This document shows, piece after piece, positions 26,901 through 42,068 of a stretch of 64,000 nt of DNA (positions are counted from its first letter, which is position 1; each line of letters starts with the position of its first letter). Source of the DNA: Mytilus trossulus (taxonomy: Eukaryota); NCBI RefSeq assembly GCF_036588685.1, contig NC_086376.1, forward strand, positions 60,078,001-60,142,000, written 5' to 3'. A program made the translations under genes and the position numbers. Under the pieces are notes generated by a model that was not told the DNA's origin, searched no databases, and saw only the letters and a list, made by a program, of their open reading frames with translations.

Positions 26901-29212
26901 GATACTTTAGCAGTATTTAGTTACGGAAAAGTAGTACAATTACACATAATCAGAAGATAATTAGTCATAAAACAAACTAAAACAGACTATGTACATCACA
27001 TTTAATGATGAAATAATTGCTATATTAACCAAATCACTGTATATATATAGAATAACATTTTCTGTTCCATTGTGCAAATAAGTTTGTGAAAATGTAATGT
27101 CATTTTATTTTTAAGTAAAAACTGAAAGATAGGCCAGTTGTTAAAATCCGTAAATTTTGGAATCTAAATGTTTTAATTTTTTCCGAATTGTAATTACGCG
27201 CTCTCTCTTTCCAACGCCTATGGTCGTCACACGACATTTGCTATTAAACGTCATACTTCTCAAACAAATATGTATCTAAATTATTTCTATCTTTGAAAAA
27301 AAAACATTTTTCGATTAGTCACACTTAAAAGAAAATGTAAATATCTGTTTCATCATATTGCAATTTTCAATGGTTCCTTTGTATGTATAACGACATCTGG
27401 TAGATATTTGGCAGGTCATTAGGTTGGCTTCACAGTGTTGCACATTTAATCTCCCGTGGTGACACAAAACTTAAGCGGTTGAAACGGTATTAATGAAAAT
27501 GAGGCATGGACGGAAGACTTGGTTCCTGTAGTGTGCCGAGATTAAAATGATACACAAAAAATATGGGTTGGCAGTTTTAGTTTGGATTTTGTATGAGTAA
27601 TAATACTCAAAAGCTTGAATTATGAAATAAATTTTATGATAATATTGACTTTGCTTTTATTTACGAAATCAGAAATATATAGGATGATTAAAAAGCAGTT
27701 ATAGATATACTTGATTACAAAGGCAAGTTATGCCTAATTCGTCATACAATGTAATGGTAATTGCAACAGGAAAAGAAAACACATTACGGCCATGTTTGTT
27801 TATAAGGCTAACAAGTTTAGGAATTGCACTTTAAATCTTTATTACAGGCGAATCATCTTATTAGTGATTTCCATCATCATACTTTTGTTATTCAATCTTA
27901 CGTCTGGTAATGTTCAACGGCAGTTCGATAATTTATAAATTTGTAGAATCACTTAAATGTTCTGTCTGTTTTCTACATTGAAATTCTGTACAGATTAGTT
28001 TTGGTTATCGCATTATATGTTGTCTTCGTGTACACTGTTCAACAATTAGTTGTAAAGAAATTGTTGCGAAGAATATGCAGTATTAGAGCACAGGACGACA
28101 TGATGCCATGAAATATAAATTTCCTTTTAAATATTAGTTCATCCATGATAAACAAAAGTTCCGTAGCATATTTTTTTCTATTTATAGACATATTACTGAC
28201 GGAATCAACAGAATGAATATGTGTTTTAACAGGAACAGATAGATCTATTATGCATGGTTATATCAAACTTTCCAGAGGAACTTAAGTTAACACATATACG
28301 TTGACAGTGATATTGACAGGTCAAATACTCGACTGTTAGCAAATTGCGATGACAACTTATTATTCTTTTGGTTTATGAAGACTATTTTGGTGACTTCTAC
28401 TGTTTTCAAAAAATCTTTTCCTTCTATTGATATTATTGTATGTTATTAAATACCAGAGACATGATATCTAAAAACAACATGATGACTTCCCGACAAATAT
28501 GTCCTATCCCTATAAGTTATCATTTGGTATTGTAAGAAGATGGTATGATAAACTGGACTCCTGTTGTGTTCACTTATCGCTACACTGACTTCGGTGCAAG
28601 GCTATAGATGGAATGGCGGACCAGTTTAATGGTATGATTGCCAATTAGACAACAGTTTCACTATCCACCAGAGTCCTAATGACATAGATGTAAGCAACTG
28701 TACTGTGATTTATACAATGGGCCCATATACTGTATAGTCACCCATAAAAGACCCCGGCATGTAAAATTATTCAAACGAGAAAAACAACGTTAGGATGTAT
28801 ATGGCAAAACAAATAATAAAATAGGTATGATAGACATGCTTCCGACTACGGACAAGGGCACTAAAATGTGGCGGTATTAAACACAATTGTGGCCACTGGG
28901 CACTTCTTATACATTCTAACCTAGATCAGTGATCATGGTGATGCAACAGCACACCATAATAATTAACTCTATAAATAAAGAGTTGGGTATGACTTTATTC
29001 AACCGATTGGTAGGAAGCCTACAAAAAAATAAGAAAAAGACAGAATTCCAGCAGTTTACGAAATCTATTCAAAGTCAATTACAACTTACTAATACATAAG
29101 TCATGCTCTTCCAGACTGAAGAATGCTAGTTAAATAAACTGAATTTGGCAAATACAATACAAGTCATGATAATTGGGTCGGTATCAATTGTTTTAGTTAA
29201 GGATACAGTTCC

Positions 29213-29325
29213 AAAACAAATAATTTCTAGAGAAGTTTGAAATGTTTAGTAGATGCAGAAGCTAAAACAAATAATTACTAGAGAAGTTTGAAATGTTTAG
29301 TAGATGCAGAAGCTAAAACCAATAA
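29213..29325 (+). repeat. 51-bp tandem duplication
   Basis: aaaacaaataatt(t/a)ctagagaagtttgaaatgtttagtagatgcagaagct twice plus a partial third copy. Confidence 0.9.
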
Positions 29326-32300
29326 GCCCATGTCTTTTGACTGCAAAATAGAACACACTATACAGACAGCATAGTCAGTTATTCTTGGTTACAAAAATAA
29401 TCAGAAGTAAATCTTGTTTATCATTGAAGATACTCTTGTATAATCCTTCTTCCTGAGTTTTATAGGGTTATCTATCTAAGAGCTGATTAACCGACGTGTG
29501 CATCATTCGTCTATTTCACTTTTTGCATATATTTATCGTTGATATTCATGTAATCCAAAGACATTAAAATAAACATTTACAATAACTACAAGACCAGACG
29601 CAAAAAATCCTTGAAATTAGGCCAATTTAGTAGTTTATAAAAAACAAATCTTTAAGTATCGTAATCTTTGAAAATTCATACTCTGAAGTGTAAACTAAAA
29701 GAAACTTTGTATGTGTTTATTCATTCTGTTGTTAAGTTACTAGCTTGTTTATAAAACGTATACATAATGAAATTTAATGAAAGTTACGATAAAATCCGTC
29801 GTTCTACGTATATAGGTTACAGCATCACGAATAACCAAGAATTTTCAGTTTCCAAATGTTTTGAAATTAAGAAGTACAACATTGTACAAGGAGATAAGCA
29901 TTTGTTAACATGTACACTGTTGATCGTAAAATTAGCTTTTTGTAAATAGGAATTTTGACAAATATCGAAGAATTATAAATAAAAAACAAACCAAATTAAT
30001 GTGTCCTTCAAAACAACTTGGCATGTCGAAAATACATAATGGTTCTACAAACTACAAGCATGTAGGGAATAGTTCTTTTGCTATGGTATGCGTTTACTAA
30101 ATTGTCCACAGATGAAATCCTCCCAAGTGTTCTATGTTGATTTACAACTGCTGAGATAAGGTACCGCCGACCATTAGATACAGTTACATAAGAATCATCA
30201 ATCTTACTCTATGCCAGACAATATGTAAACTACTTGTAACATATGTTTATGATATTATAAACCATTCGTCATAACATGGTGAAGAAATCTCAAACAACGC
30301 CTTATATTTGTCACTGTTCTAAACGTTTATATAATTATATGCCACTTGTTTGGTAAATAAATCAGAATGTTAGTTATGGCAGATTATTTTGACTTTTCGT
30401 TCTTTGAAGATGAGATTTATTATATTGAAAAACTGGTTATCAAAAATAATTCAGTCATTTTTAGTGTCAACCTATTAAGTCTTCAACAGTTTTATGATAT
30501 GTTCCACGAAACAGTCATATAGTACTACTATACATCTTTGCTAGTCAAGGGTTGGACAGGACGGTACGGAATCGTAACTATTGGCTAGCAAAGATGCTAC
30601 TATGATAATGACTACTACTACTGCTACTACGAACACCTATACTAATAATAATAAACTAACAGGCTAATGATGATATTGAAAATAATAATACCAATATCTA
30701 CTTAAAAGAGATGAGAGGAAAAAAAACCCATCCAAACCACTCTTAAAAAACTTTTTATTTTCATAATTGCCCCATTGATGTTTTCCCGTTATGAATTCGA
30801 ATGACATTTTGATTTTCTTCAGCAATATCTAGAGTCTGTTATTTAAAAGATAGAAGATAAACAAATAAATAAGCATTTTAACCTTTTACCACATTCTCTG
30901 AAGTTTAATTTTTCAACTATCTCTAATTCGCACATGTAGACAGAAATAGAGCCATATCATGTTAAATGAATTTTGACCAGATTAGATAAATATTCTCATT
31001 AACAGGTGTAATGATTCTATTCATACCAATGAGCATTTACATTTTCAGTTTTACTTTCTGTAAAATTACTGCCCATGTCAAATGAAAGGTCAATAAAAAA
31101 AACGGAAATGGTCGATACGTTATGCATGCTAACATTTTCTCGATCCACAAACTTTCCTCGGAGTTTTTTTGTGATTTTACTTATTATACAAATTAACCAA
31201 TAATGTTAATATGCACATGGTCATCCTTCCGAAATATTATGCTTTTTATCTCTATCTCTTTATTTATGATCACAGAGGTTTGCACATACAACCGACATAC
31301 CTGTCGATTAAGGGTGATACTAAACTTGTCCTGTACATGTTTTAATATTTCTGTGAAACAGCAATTCTTTTTCGTTTGTTTCATCTCGATGTCTTTAGGC
31401 TTTCTCAATCTTAATTTTCTGTGTTATGTTTTGTAAATATTGTCTTTGTCTATTCGGTGTTTTTCGTTTCGTCCTGAACATGCATGAAATATTTGCCACT
31501 GGACGTTAAGCAACCATCAATCAATCGTTTTGTCATTGTGTTGTCTTTTTTTCTTCGGTTTGATTTTCGAATGATCTCTTGGTTTTTTATTCCTTCTTAT
31601 ACCTACACACGTGTTTTATTTCCATTCGTGATTTCTGCATTTATCATCCGTTCCAAGCATCTTTTATCAAGGACATATTTTAACAGTACTTAAACAGCCA
31701 GTATTAACATTTTCTCAAGAAAAGTCTACTATCATCTAATCTCATGAGAATTTTTATAGCAGACTATAGAGTATAAGTTTTTCTCATTGTTGAAGGCCAT
31801 ACGATGACCTACAATCGTTTTCATCTTTACCATTTGAACTGATGGCTAGAGGCTAACACCTCTCATTTTATAATAATAACCTAACACAAATGTTTCATCA
31901 CATCAAATAGTAAAGAAAAGAACAACAATAGTTCAGAACATGATAAGTATGTCTGTATGTATACTTGTCAGCTAAGGATACAAACATCGTGTTTTCTCAC
32001 TTACTTTTGCTTGTATTGTCATTATTTCTCAGGAAATATACAAAACAGAAACAGCAAAACAATTATATTATATATCTGTGTAATTGTTTTAACATAATAC
32101 TGTTTCTGTTAACAACACACTTGGCAAGTATAAGAGGTTCTTGAGGTTCTTGTAAAACCCTTTTTAAACAATCTTTGTTGACTAATAAGATATTTGATTT
32201 AGTTGTAAATCTTGATTGATGTTAATTCACTCCTAATGTTCTTATTAATCTTGATGTAACATCCCTTAATTACGTATATTTTACGTTTGCTGACGTTTAT

Positions 32301-32434
32301 ATATAAAACCTGAAATATCGCCAAAACATTCAACAATTTGTATGATTACCAAGACCGCAATATTGAAGAAAACAAACTGAATGACCAATAACATATTCAT
32401 TTAATAACAAATAAAAGGTTATAATATACTCATG

Positions 32435-32735
32435 TTCTGCAGATCTTACGCAATCGAGCGAACGGGATAAAACGGTACACTAATACGTAGATCCTTGGCA
32501 AGCATAACTGAGCGAACGGGATGTAATACCACCCTAATATGCGGACCTTAGGCAAGCATGACTGAGTGTACGCGGACTATTGTCTCATTGGCAACCAAAC
32601 CACATCTTCTTTTTTACATATAACCTCATAATGTTATGCAGTTCGTTGGAAAGCACGATTAAGTGGACGGGCTATAATATCATAAGGTTATGCAGATATA
32701 AGGGGGCCACGACTGAATGGACGGGCTATAATCTT
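32435..32735 (+). repeat. Degenerate ~55-60-bp tandem repeat
   Basis: Recurring atgcagatc..gcaagcatgactgagcgaacggg-like units. Confidence 0.6.
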
Positions 32736-35249
32736 AGGTGATTGTGCCATCAACAACTTAGCTTTTGATCAAAAACGAAATTCTGGAAGAAATTGAAACA
32801 TTACTTAGGTTGCGGGGTCGTATCTGATGATGCGATTTTAAATGCGAATGCAAATGTTGACCAAATTTCCAATTTCGCTGCTGTCGAAACAAAATTCAAA
32901 GAATTAAAAATCGTAAAGTTTGATAAATTCCTGAAGTAAAACTATCAATGGTTTGCTGTATAAAATACAGCTGTCCAGTGTCGACTGATGTGAACCACTA
33001 AGCTAGGCTATCACCAAGAGCATCTACTTTATAGTTCAGTTATGACACCTTCGTTTATGATTTATTGTACTGCATTCGGTATTATGCATCTAATCATATC
33101 CCACCTTACAAACCTAAAATTATCTACTATCACTTCAAAATTGATCAACAGGAACATTCGGTATTATATTTATCTTATCACATCTCAACCTACAACCATA
33201 AAATATCAAGTGGCACCCACTAGTTACCAGCACTGTACCTAAATAAAAACAAGGATTGCCAATGAGACAAATATCCACAAATATTCTAAGCTTCGCGCAT
33301 ATATAGTTCCAACATTTAAAAAACCCCATGTCAACTTGATTTTTCTGATAGTATTTGCATAAGAAGAAAGTTAAGATGGTCGTGAATTTATTGTACATTT
33401 TGTATCATTGTTTACAGATATAAACATGAAATCGGTAACCTGCATTTCCATGTTTTACTGTGCTCTTTGGTCGGGTTGTTGTCTCTTTGACACATTTCCC
33501 TTTTCCGTTCTCAATTTTATGAAAATTATTAAAAACCGCTCCATAATTATTTAAAACTAACATTTAGCATATAGCGAAGAAATCTTAGCACACAATTGGG
33601 TTAATGCCTCATGGGTATCAGATATATACTGTTGGTCTATTTAGTGTGTGAGATTGAAGCTCTCATGCATTTAACTGAAACTCAATAGAGTTAAACGGTA
33701 TTGTTCCCCTTTCAGCCCATCATAAGAACGAGTTAAAGGACAATATTTTATTTAATAGTTGTTGTCGTTTGTTTGCTCCTTCGATTAAATGTATTCATCT
33801 TTTGTAAAATGCACTCTCACTGTTTGATTTACATATATGTTGTACATTTTGCAGATATTAATAAATGATGAATGTTTGCATCGGACGTAGTTCCTAGTGA
33901 GATAATGCACCCTCAAGATATCTGTCTGATTAGATACACTGTTATTATGTCACGTGTTATCAGTTTCAATTTAAAGTGTGCACGGCTATTGCAATTTATG
34001 TTCAGATCTGGGGTTGTTTTCACTGACACGTTCAAGGTTAAATCATATGGAACACATTTCAATATTTTTTCGTCGAGGTCTTCAAAATTATTCTGTATAT
34101 ACTTTACAGGCCGAATCTATTTTGTTTTCAACTCGACCGGAAAATAATCATAAGTGCGAAACAGGAAGTATTGCAATACTCGATTTCTGGAAGCATGTCA
34201 AATAAGTACGCACGTGACCATTTGATAGTCGGTAAGAAACTCAAGAACTTCGTGTGAATAAGAAAGTTTACGTCATTAAGATAAAAAAAAAGTGATATTG
34301 TACCAAAGAAATCAGCTTGTGGCAAGTTTTAATCTTTTTTAGTTGTCAACACTCCAATAAGTTGAATAACAAAGTTAAACTTGCATTAAAAACAAGACTT
34401 GGTTCAAACATACACCATAAAATTATATAATACCAATGTCGGGGACCACAGAAACAAAACCAGTCAAACGAAACTAGATAACAAGAACATAAAGGATGTT
34501 AGAATTACTGTACACAAATTTAAAGGATCATAACGGAACACATTTTCTTACTAATATTTGTATTATCATATTTTTTGTATTTAAATCTAATTATATAACA
34601 ATATATTGTATTTATCAATCTATTAATATCTAGTCAATGCCAACAGAGTTATGAGCAAATTTTCCACTTCAAAACATTTTATGAAGCGGGATGAGTATCT
34701 GTATTTATACATTAGACCGTACTGCACTGGTTACCGGAATTTTAGATCCACAAACCTAGGCACTTTTACCGGAGAAACAGGCTATATATGCCCTCAATTT
34801 TAGAACTAATTCATACATTTTGTAATATTCAAAACTACAAGTACAGAGTAGAAAAATATGTGTTCTACAAGGATCACCAGTCCTTCGCCTTTCATCTGAT
34901 ACCTTAACTACTAAGATATATGCTACATTCTCAACACTGGTAGTTTAAGATTCACCTTTCCATGTTCTTTTTTTCCTGGGCCGAATAGGTGGGGTTACAT
35001 CTTACAACGTCTATCCAAAATATTATTGTAAAGAAGTCTGGTCAATCTAGGCGTTTTAAACTTAGAGTGAGGTGAGAGTTTTTAAAGCTCTGTGTTAAAG
35101 GCCTCACTGTGACTTTGAGATGAGGAACAGCTATAGAAGCGAGTTTCCTTTGCTTTTTGTGTGTTTGTGCTGTGCATTTGAACTGATTGTGTGTCATGGA
35201 TGGATACCCCATATCCTTTGTTTTTCTATTCAATAGATTTTATGGTGTC

Positions 35250-35600
35250 AATAAATAAAAGCAACAGTAGTATACCGCTGTTAAACTCATAAATCCATGG
35301 ACCAAAAACAAAATCGGGGTAACAAACTAATACCGAGGGAAACGCATTTAATATAACAGGAGAACAACGACACAACACTAAAATGTAACACACACAGCAA
35401 CGGACCAAGCATCAGACAAAATACCACGAGAATAACAAATATAACATCAAAACCAAATACATGAATTTGGATAGACAAGTACCATGACACGTCTTATCGC
35501 AATGTAAATTTACACTTAAAAATAAAAGAAATCAAACGACGCAACGTTAAAATGTAACACACACAGAAACGAACTATAATATAACAATGGCCAATCATTA
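35250..35600 (-). repeat. Interspersed repeat family (also ~56070-56200 +, ~62043-62260 +)
   Basis: Shared tttccctcagtttt..gtttgtaacccggatt...cagcggtatactactgttgcctttatt segment in several copies. Confidence 0.65.
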
Positions 35601-37718
35601 ACCTTGTTTTCATACAGGAATAACAAACACAGGTGTGTCTGATTTGGTTTATGAAATGTCACCATTCGCATAGGTTTGGTCGCCCGAGTTCGAATGATAT
35701 TTAACCAAAAGGTTTGGTTTCCTAGATCTAATGGTATTGATCCTTTAGGTTTGGTCACCAAGATCTATTGGTAATTGTTCCATTTGTTCGGTCTCCTTAT
35801 TTTTATGATATTTGTCCTGTAGGTTTGGTCTCCGAGTTCTAACGATATTTGCCCTGCAGGTCTGGTCTTCGGGTTCTACTTGGTCCGATGAATTGTCGCT
35901 GTGCTTATCATTCTAACCTCAGTCCATCGATTCAGATTCAAAATTTCTTTTTATAAGATTGTATGCTCTCTATAATTCCAACAAACACAAACCTTTTATC
36001 TAATTCGAGAGTCATTATCCTAGCCTATTTAAGTGAGCGTTTTCGGTCATGCTAATGTTTGGCTGTGTTTGTGTACGTCCTCTACCTTATGATCTTTATT
36101 ATCTTCACCTCCACTCCCCCGCTATAGTCATTTGTTATTGTTGGTTGTGTTGTTTTTTCTATTCATCTTATGTGTTTGTTTTTTGTGAATACTTCATTTC
36201 ATTGTTCTCTTGTGTTACATTATCTGTGTATTAATAGAATCTTCTTGGCATCAGTATATCAGAGACAAGCAGTTAAACTGTCGCCATAAACAAGATGGTG
36301 TATTATGTAATCATATTCCCAAGACAATTACAGTCGTAGTAATAATATCCACTTTCAAATACTTAAGATTTACAGACATTTTTCAAGTCTACCCCCTCCT
36401 TGTGCTCTCCATTTTCTCAACTTTTCTTCCCGTCCTGAATGTTATAATTTCACTCCAAATATTTTACAATAAATAACCAATCAAATGGCCCGTACTACCT
36501 TTGAGTTCTTATCTCATATGATCACATTATAAATAATAGATATGTTAAGTTTTCAATTTTGGAATCGGTCAAAGATAAGATGGTATTATACCTTAAGCCT
36601 TATTCTTGGAGTGAACTTGGACGATAAAATATATCTGCAACAAAAAGCCTCTAGCAAATTTCGCTAATTTATACTAATGATGTATTCAATTTATATATTT
36701 GTAAGTTGCAATAAAGCTAGTATATTTGGGATCACTTACAAATGATCAGAGCACTATAATGATGAAATGTATAGTAATTGACAATGAAATTATCTGGCAT
36801 GTAGTCAAACACATGGTTAAAAATACTACAGGCCGATGTTTATAAGATGTTCAAATTTGTTATATGCATAATCAAAAAGCATGTCTGTTACTTGTGTTCT
36901 GACAGTAGTATTTTAAGAGAGAGGAAACATTTGTCAACAGTTCCCGACTTGTGTACGCCAGGGTATTTGGTGTAATAACTCGCTGTTTTTATAAGATAAA
37001 TCTGAAACCTGACTTGACTTTGATAGTCTTTAATAGTAATTTTTGTTTTCGAAAGAGCCGGGGGATGGGCTACTTGTTTGTAATCCTTGATACCAGCAAT
37101 GTTTTTTTTAAACAATTTAAACTATCGAAATAGTTATTAAAGGAGCAATATAGAACGTAACCAAGAAAAGAAATATACTAATACTTTAGTAATCACACAA
37201 GAACAGATGAAAAATAATAGACATGTCTAGTGTAATTCTACTGTTTTTAAAGTATGAAGGTTGGAAGGGTTAGACTCTCTAACGTTGTACATATAATTGT
37301 CTTGATTGTAACAACAAATGACATTTGTACAAAGAGAATTAGCTAAGAAAAATTATATCAACAGCACAACAAAGAGAATGTCAGAGTGAATTTCCTACAG
37401 GACGATCTTCTATTAAATGACTTTCATCTCTAAAAAATCATTTGTTTATCAAAAGTAATAACAATTATTTGAGCATAGCATCTTGGCATAACATCTTGGC
37501 ATAGTATCATCATTGACAGAGAAGCAACGAAATGTTTTCAATGCAAAGGAATATGAAAGTTGTCATACATTTGTTTGAAGTTTAAAGTGTAGCATCTGAT
37601 TTTGCCATATAATTAGCGCCTTTCCGTTTTGAATTTTCCTCGGAGTTCATGCATTATACTTTATACCCCCTTTTGTGACGTTAGTTCTCGTCATTGATTA
37701 GAAACATGCTTTCCATAT

Positions 37719-37910
37719 AATTTGGAAATTAGTATGGCGTTCATTATCACTGAACTAGTATATATTTGTTTAGGGGCCAGCTGAAGGACGCCTCCGGGTG
37801 CGGGAATTTCTCGCTACATTGAAGACCTGTTGGTGACCTTCTGCTGTTGTTTTTTTATTTGGTCGAGTTGTTGTCTCTTTGACACATTCCCCATTTCCAT
37901 TCTCAATTTT
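37719..37910 (+). mobile_element. SINE-like interspersed repeat, second copy
   Basis: Near-identical to 22429-22620. Confidence 0.7.
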
Positions 37911-37962
37911 ATCTCATTCTTTTCTGCACGATTGATTGCAAACGTCAAAGACAACGTATTGA

Positions 37963-38200
37963 ATTATAATCCTGGTAACTTTAATAACTATTTACACCAT
38001 TGGGTCGATGCCACTGCTGGTGGACGTTTTGTCGATGGTTTCACCAGCCCAGTAGTCAGCCACTCGGTGTTGGCATGAATATCAATTATATGGCATTTCT
38101 TTTTTTATTAATTTGCTGTTTACAAAACTTTAAATTTTCGAAAAAAACTAAGATTTTCTTATCCCATGAATCGATTACCTTAGCCGCATATGGCACAATT
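37963..38200 (+). repeat. Partial 356-bp-family unit without the hammerhead
   Basis: Matches ~57390-57620 (tgggtcgatgccactgctggtggac...ccagcccagtagtcagc). Confidence 0.75.
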
Positions 38201-39874
38201 TTTGTAAAGAACATTTTAACTGTATTTTCTGATATGTTCCGTAGAAATACTTCTGTAACAAACTTTTCAATTTGTGACTCTCATGTATTCATGTATTCGA
38301 CCATTTCAGTTTCAACCATACACTTAATAAGATGAAATTACCGAATCTGACACATTTTTAAGGCATTTAAACGTAAATGTATTTTCACATCCCGCTCTGC
38401 CGGGAAATCAATGCTTCAACAATTGTTTTATATACAAAAATACGAATTTAAACATTATTTTTTGTGTGTTTTTCTTCTGTTCATCATTCATGTAATGCAC
38501 GTAAAGCTATTTAAAACTACGAAACAAAACAAAAACAACTTTTAAATGATAAGAAAGAATTAACCTCTGCTCTTTTACTGTTTCTGATGCCAATGAAGTA
38601 ATTCAGCAAAGTGAAGTTGAAAGAAAATAGTTTATGTGTTAACTGGCTATTAAACTTCTCATACGTAATTAGCAGCATCTAACAATACACTTGGTTTGTA
38701 CCACAAACAGAACCTTACAAATACAGTGTATACTGAGATAAAATAAAATACGAGTGAATATGACAACGCAGCTATATAGCATGAGTTTTTATATATTTGT
38801 GGCTTTAACGTTCATAATTTCGATATCATGAGACAACAGTGAAACCACAACAAGCCGTTATATCTGATAGTTACATTATAATTCTATAATTCTGACAGAT
38901 TTCATATTTATAGTAGTTACATTATAATTTCATGTCAAAAATTTCGTTGTCTATGACGTTTGCAATTGATCGTGTAGACAAGAATGAGAGCATATTTCTA
39001 ACCAATGACGAGAAGTAACGTTACAAGAGGTTGGGGTATAAAGTATAATGCATGGTAAACATACTCAAAATAGAGTTTTAAAGAAACAAAGGACGTTTCA
39101 GTGATGAAATCATTGTTCTACAATACTATTGCTAAATTCAACACATTGAAACTAGACATCCAATAAAAAGTAAAATCACAAAAATACTGAACTCCGAGGA
39201 AAATTCAATCGGAAAGTCCATAATTAAATGGCAAACTAAAAAGCCCAAAGCTACATCAAAAGAATGGATACCAACAACGATTGTTGATATTATTTCTGTG
39301 AACACAGTTTACCTTTTGATAGAATACACTTTACACGGAAAGTTGCTAGTCTAACCAGGTTTTATGGCTCTCCCGGCTTTACTTCGCGTTTTTCCTATTT
39401 AGGTTATCCTTCATGACAGCATCACTCTTATCTTGTCTCATGTCAATATGATCTCTATCAGGAAAATGCACTGCTCTTTGACACTATAATTGTGATATTG
39501 TAGTTGGATATTCAAAATAGTTCAGCTTTCTAAACAAAAATCTTACATTTTGAAAGGGGGACGTTTTGATAAATGATATTATCATATTCAATTTCAAATC
39601 AAGAAAACAGAAGTCATTAGCTTGACAGAAACCAATAAATCAATCATTCACAGAATATTAACTCCGACAAGACATCTGCTATAATAATCTTTTTTAATTT
39701 TTAAATTCTTTTTTAAGGATCTTGATGTGTATGTAGGGATCATTAAACGAAACAGAGTAAAGATAAATATGTGAACTTTCTTGTTTTGATGTTTCCTTAT
39801 CATTCTAGAAATAATAAGGTTATAATCTGACGGAGGAACAAACTGAAGTCATGTTGACCTGTTTTGAGTTATGA

Positions 39875-40053
39875 AAAAAGTAAAATCACAAAAATACTGA
39901 ACTCCGACGAAAATTCAAAACGGAAAGTCCATAATCAAATGGCAAAATCGAAAGCTCAAACACATCAAACGAATGGATAACACGTTAACTGTCATATTCC
40001 TGACATGGTACATGCATTTGCTTATGTAGAAAATGGTGGATTAAACCTGGTTT
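39875..40053 (+). repeat. ~180-bp interspersed repeat (also ~1465-1595, 25795-25975, 39166-39270 on +; ~8755-8945 on -)
   Basis: aaaatcacaaaaatactgaactccga..aaattcaaaacggaaagtcc..atcaaatggcaaaatc recurs across the window. Confidence 0.75.
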
Positions 40054-40119
40054 TTGATTCTTTAAGTATTTAGTTTAACTTTATACTGATAGTGACTATA
40101 GTTAACTCAACACTTATCA

Positions 40120-42068
40120 TTTTTTATACGACCGCAAATTTTGAAAAAAATTTCGTCGTATATTGCTATCACGTTGGCGTCGTCGTCGTCGTCGTCGTCG
40201 TCGTCCGAATACTTTTAGTTTTCGCACTCTAACTTTAGTAAAAGTGAATAGAAATCTATGAAATTTTAACACAAGGTTTATGACCATAAAAGGAAGGCTG
40301 GTATGGATTTTGGGAGTTTTGGTCCCAACATTTTAGGAATTAAGGGCCAAAAAGGGCCCAAATAAGCATTTTCTTGGTTTTCGCACTATAACTTTAGTTT
40401 AAGTTAATAGAAATCTATGAAATTTTGACACAAGGTTTATAACCACAAAATAAAGGTTGGGATTGATTTTGGGAGTTTTATTTTCAACAGTTTAGGAATT
40501 AGGGGCCAAAAAAGGGCCCAGATAAGCATTATTCTTGGTTTTCGCACTATAACTTTAGTTTAAGTAAATAGAAATCAATGAAATTTAAACATAATGTTTA
40601 TGACAACATAAGGAAGATTGGTATTGATTTTGGGATTTTAGGTCCCAACAGTTTAGGAATTAGGGGCCAAAAAGGGACCCAAATAAGCATTTTTCTTGGT
40701 TTTCGCACCATAACGTTAGTATAAGTAAATAGAAATCTATGAAATTTAAACACAAGGTTAATGACCATAAAAGGAAAGTTAGTATTGATTTTGGGAGTTT
40801 TGGTCCCAACAGTTTAGGAGAAAGGGGCCCAGAGGGTCCAAAATTAAACTTTGTTTGATTTCATCAAAATTGAATTATTGGGGTTCTTTGATATGCCGAA
40901 TCTAACTGTGTATGTAGATTCTTAACTTTTGGTCCCGTTTTCAAATTGGTCTACATTAAGGTCCAAAGGGTCCAAAATTAAACTTAGTTTGATTTTAACA
41001 AAAATTTAATCCTTGGGGTTCTTTGATATGCTAAATCTAAAAATGAACTTAGATTTTTTATTATTGGCCCAGTTTTCAAGTTGGCCCAAATCAGGGTCCA
41101 AAATTAAACTTTTTTGATTTCATCAAAAATTGATAAATGGGGTTCTTTGATATGCCAAGTCTAACTGTGTATGTAGATTCTTCATTTTTGGTCCCGTTTT
41201 CAAATTGGCCTACATTACGGTCCAAAGAGTCCAAAATTAAACTAAGTTTGATTTTAACAAAAATTAAATTCTTGGGCCTCTTTGATATGCTGAATCTAAA
41301 CATGTACTTAGATTTTTGATTATGGGCCCAGTTTTCAAGTTGGTCCAAATCAGGATCTAAAATTATTATATTAAGTATTGTGGAATAGCAAGTCTTTTCA
41401 ATTGCACAGTATTGTGCAATGGCAAGAAATATCTAATTTCACAATATTGTGAAATAGCAATTTTTTTTTTAATTAGAGTTATCTTTCTTTGTCCAAAATA
41501 GTAAGCAAGAAATATCTTATTGCAAGATTTTTTTTTAATTGGAGTTATCTTTCTTTGTCCAGAATCAACTTAAATCTTTGTTATATACAATAAACAATGT
41601 ATATTCACTTTTTACTACCAACTGATAAATTTAAATAATCTTTACCATTCAGTGATAACAAGCAGTTTTTTTACATCATGTATTTAAATGAGTAGTAATT
41701 GTTGCAAACTCCATTAGAATATTTTAATTCAAATTAGTTTTGGAATAAGGGAAAGGGGGATGTGAATAAAAAATTGGGTTAAATTTTTCTCATTTGAAAT
41801 TTCATAAATAAAAAGAAAATTTCTTCAAACATTTTTTTGAGAGGATTAATATTCAACAGCATAGTGAATTGCTCTAAGAGAAAACAAACAATTTAAGTTC
41901 ATTTGAATACATTCATTCTGTGTCAAAAACCTATGCTGTGTCAACTATTTAATCACAATCCAAATTTAGAGCGGAATCCAGCTTGAATGTTGTGTCCATA
42001 CTTGCCCCAACCGTTCAGGGTTCAACCTCTGCGGTCGTATAAAGCTACGCCCTGCGGAGCATCTGGTT
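40120..42068 (+). mobile_element. Non-autonomous Helentron-associated (DINE-1/HINE-like) element, copy 1
   Basis: T-run; subterminal IR TTTATACGACCGCA (40123-40136) / TGCGGTCGTATAAA (42030-42043); partial IR after the left copy; (GTC)n; ~160-bp and ~130-bp internal tandem repeats; 3' hairpin GCTACGC-CCT-GCGGAGC; TT ends; no TSD. Confidence 0.88.

Noticed and set aside
41091-41348. Paired similar ORFs (41091/52888 and 41137/53021) as duplicated genes
   Set aside because: Chance frames in the internal tandem repeats of the two HINE copies; no recognisable domain.
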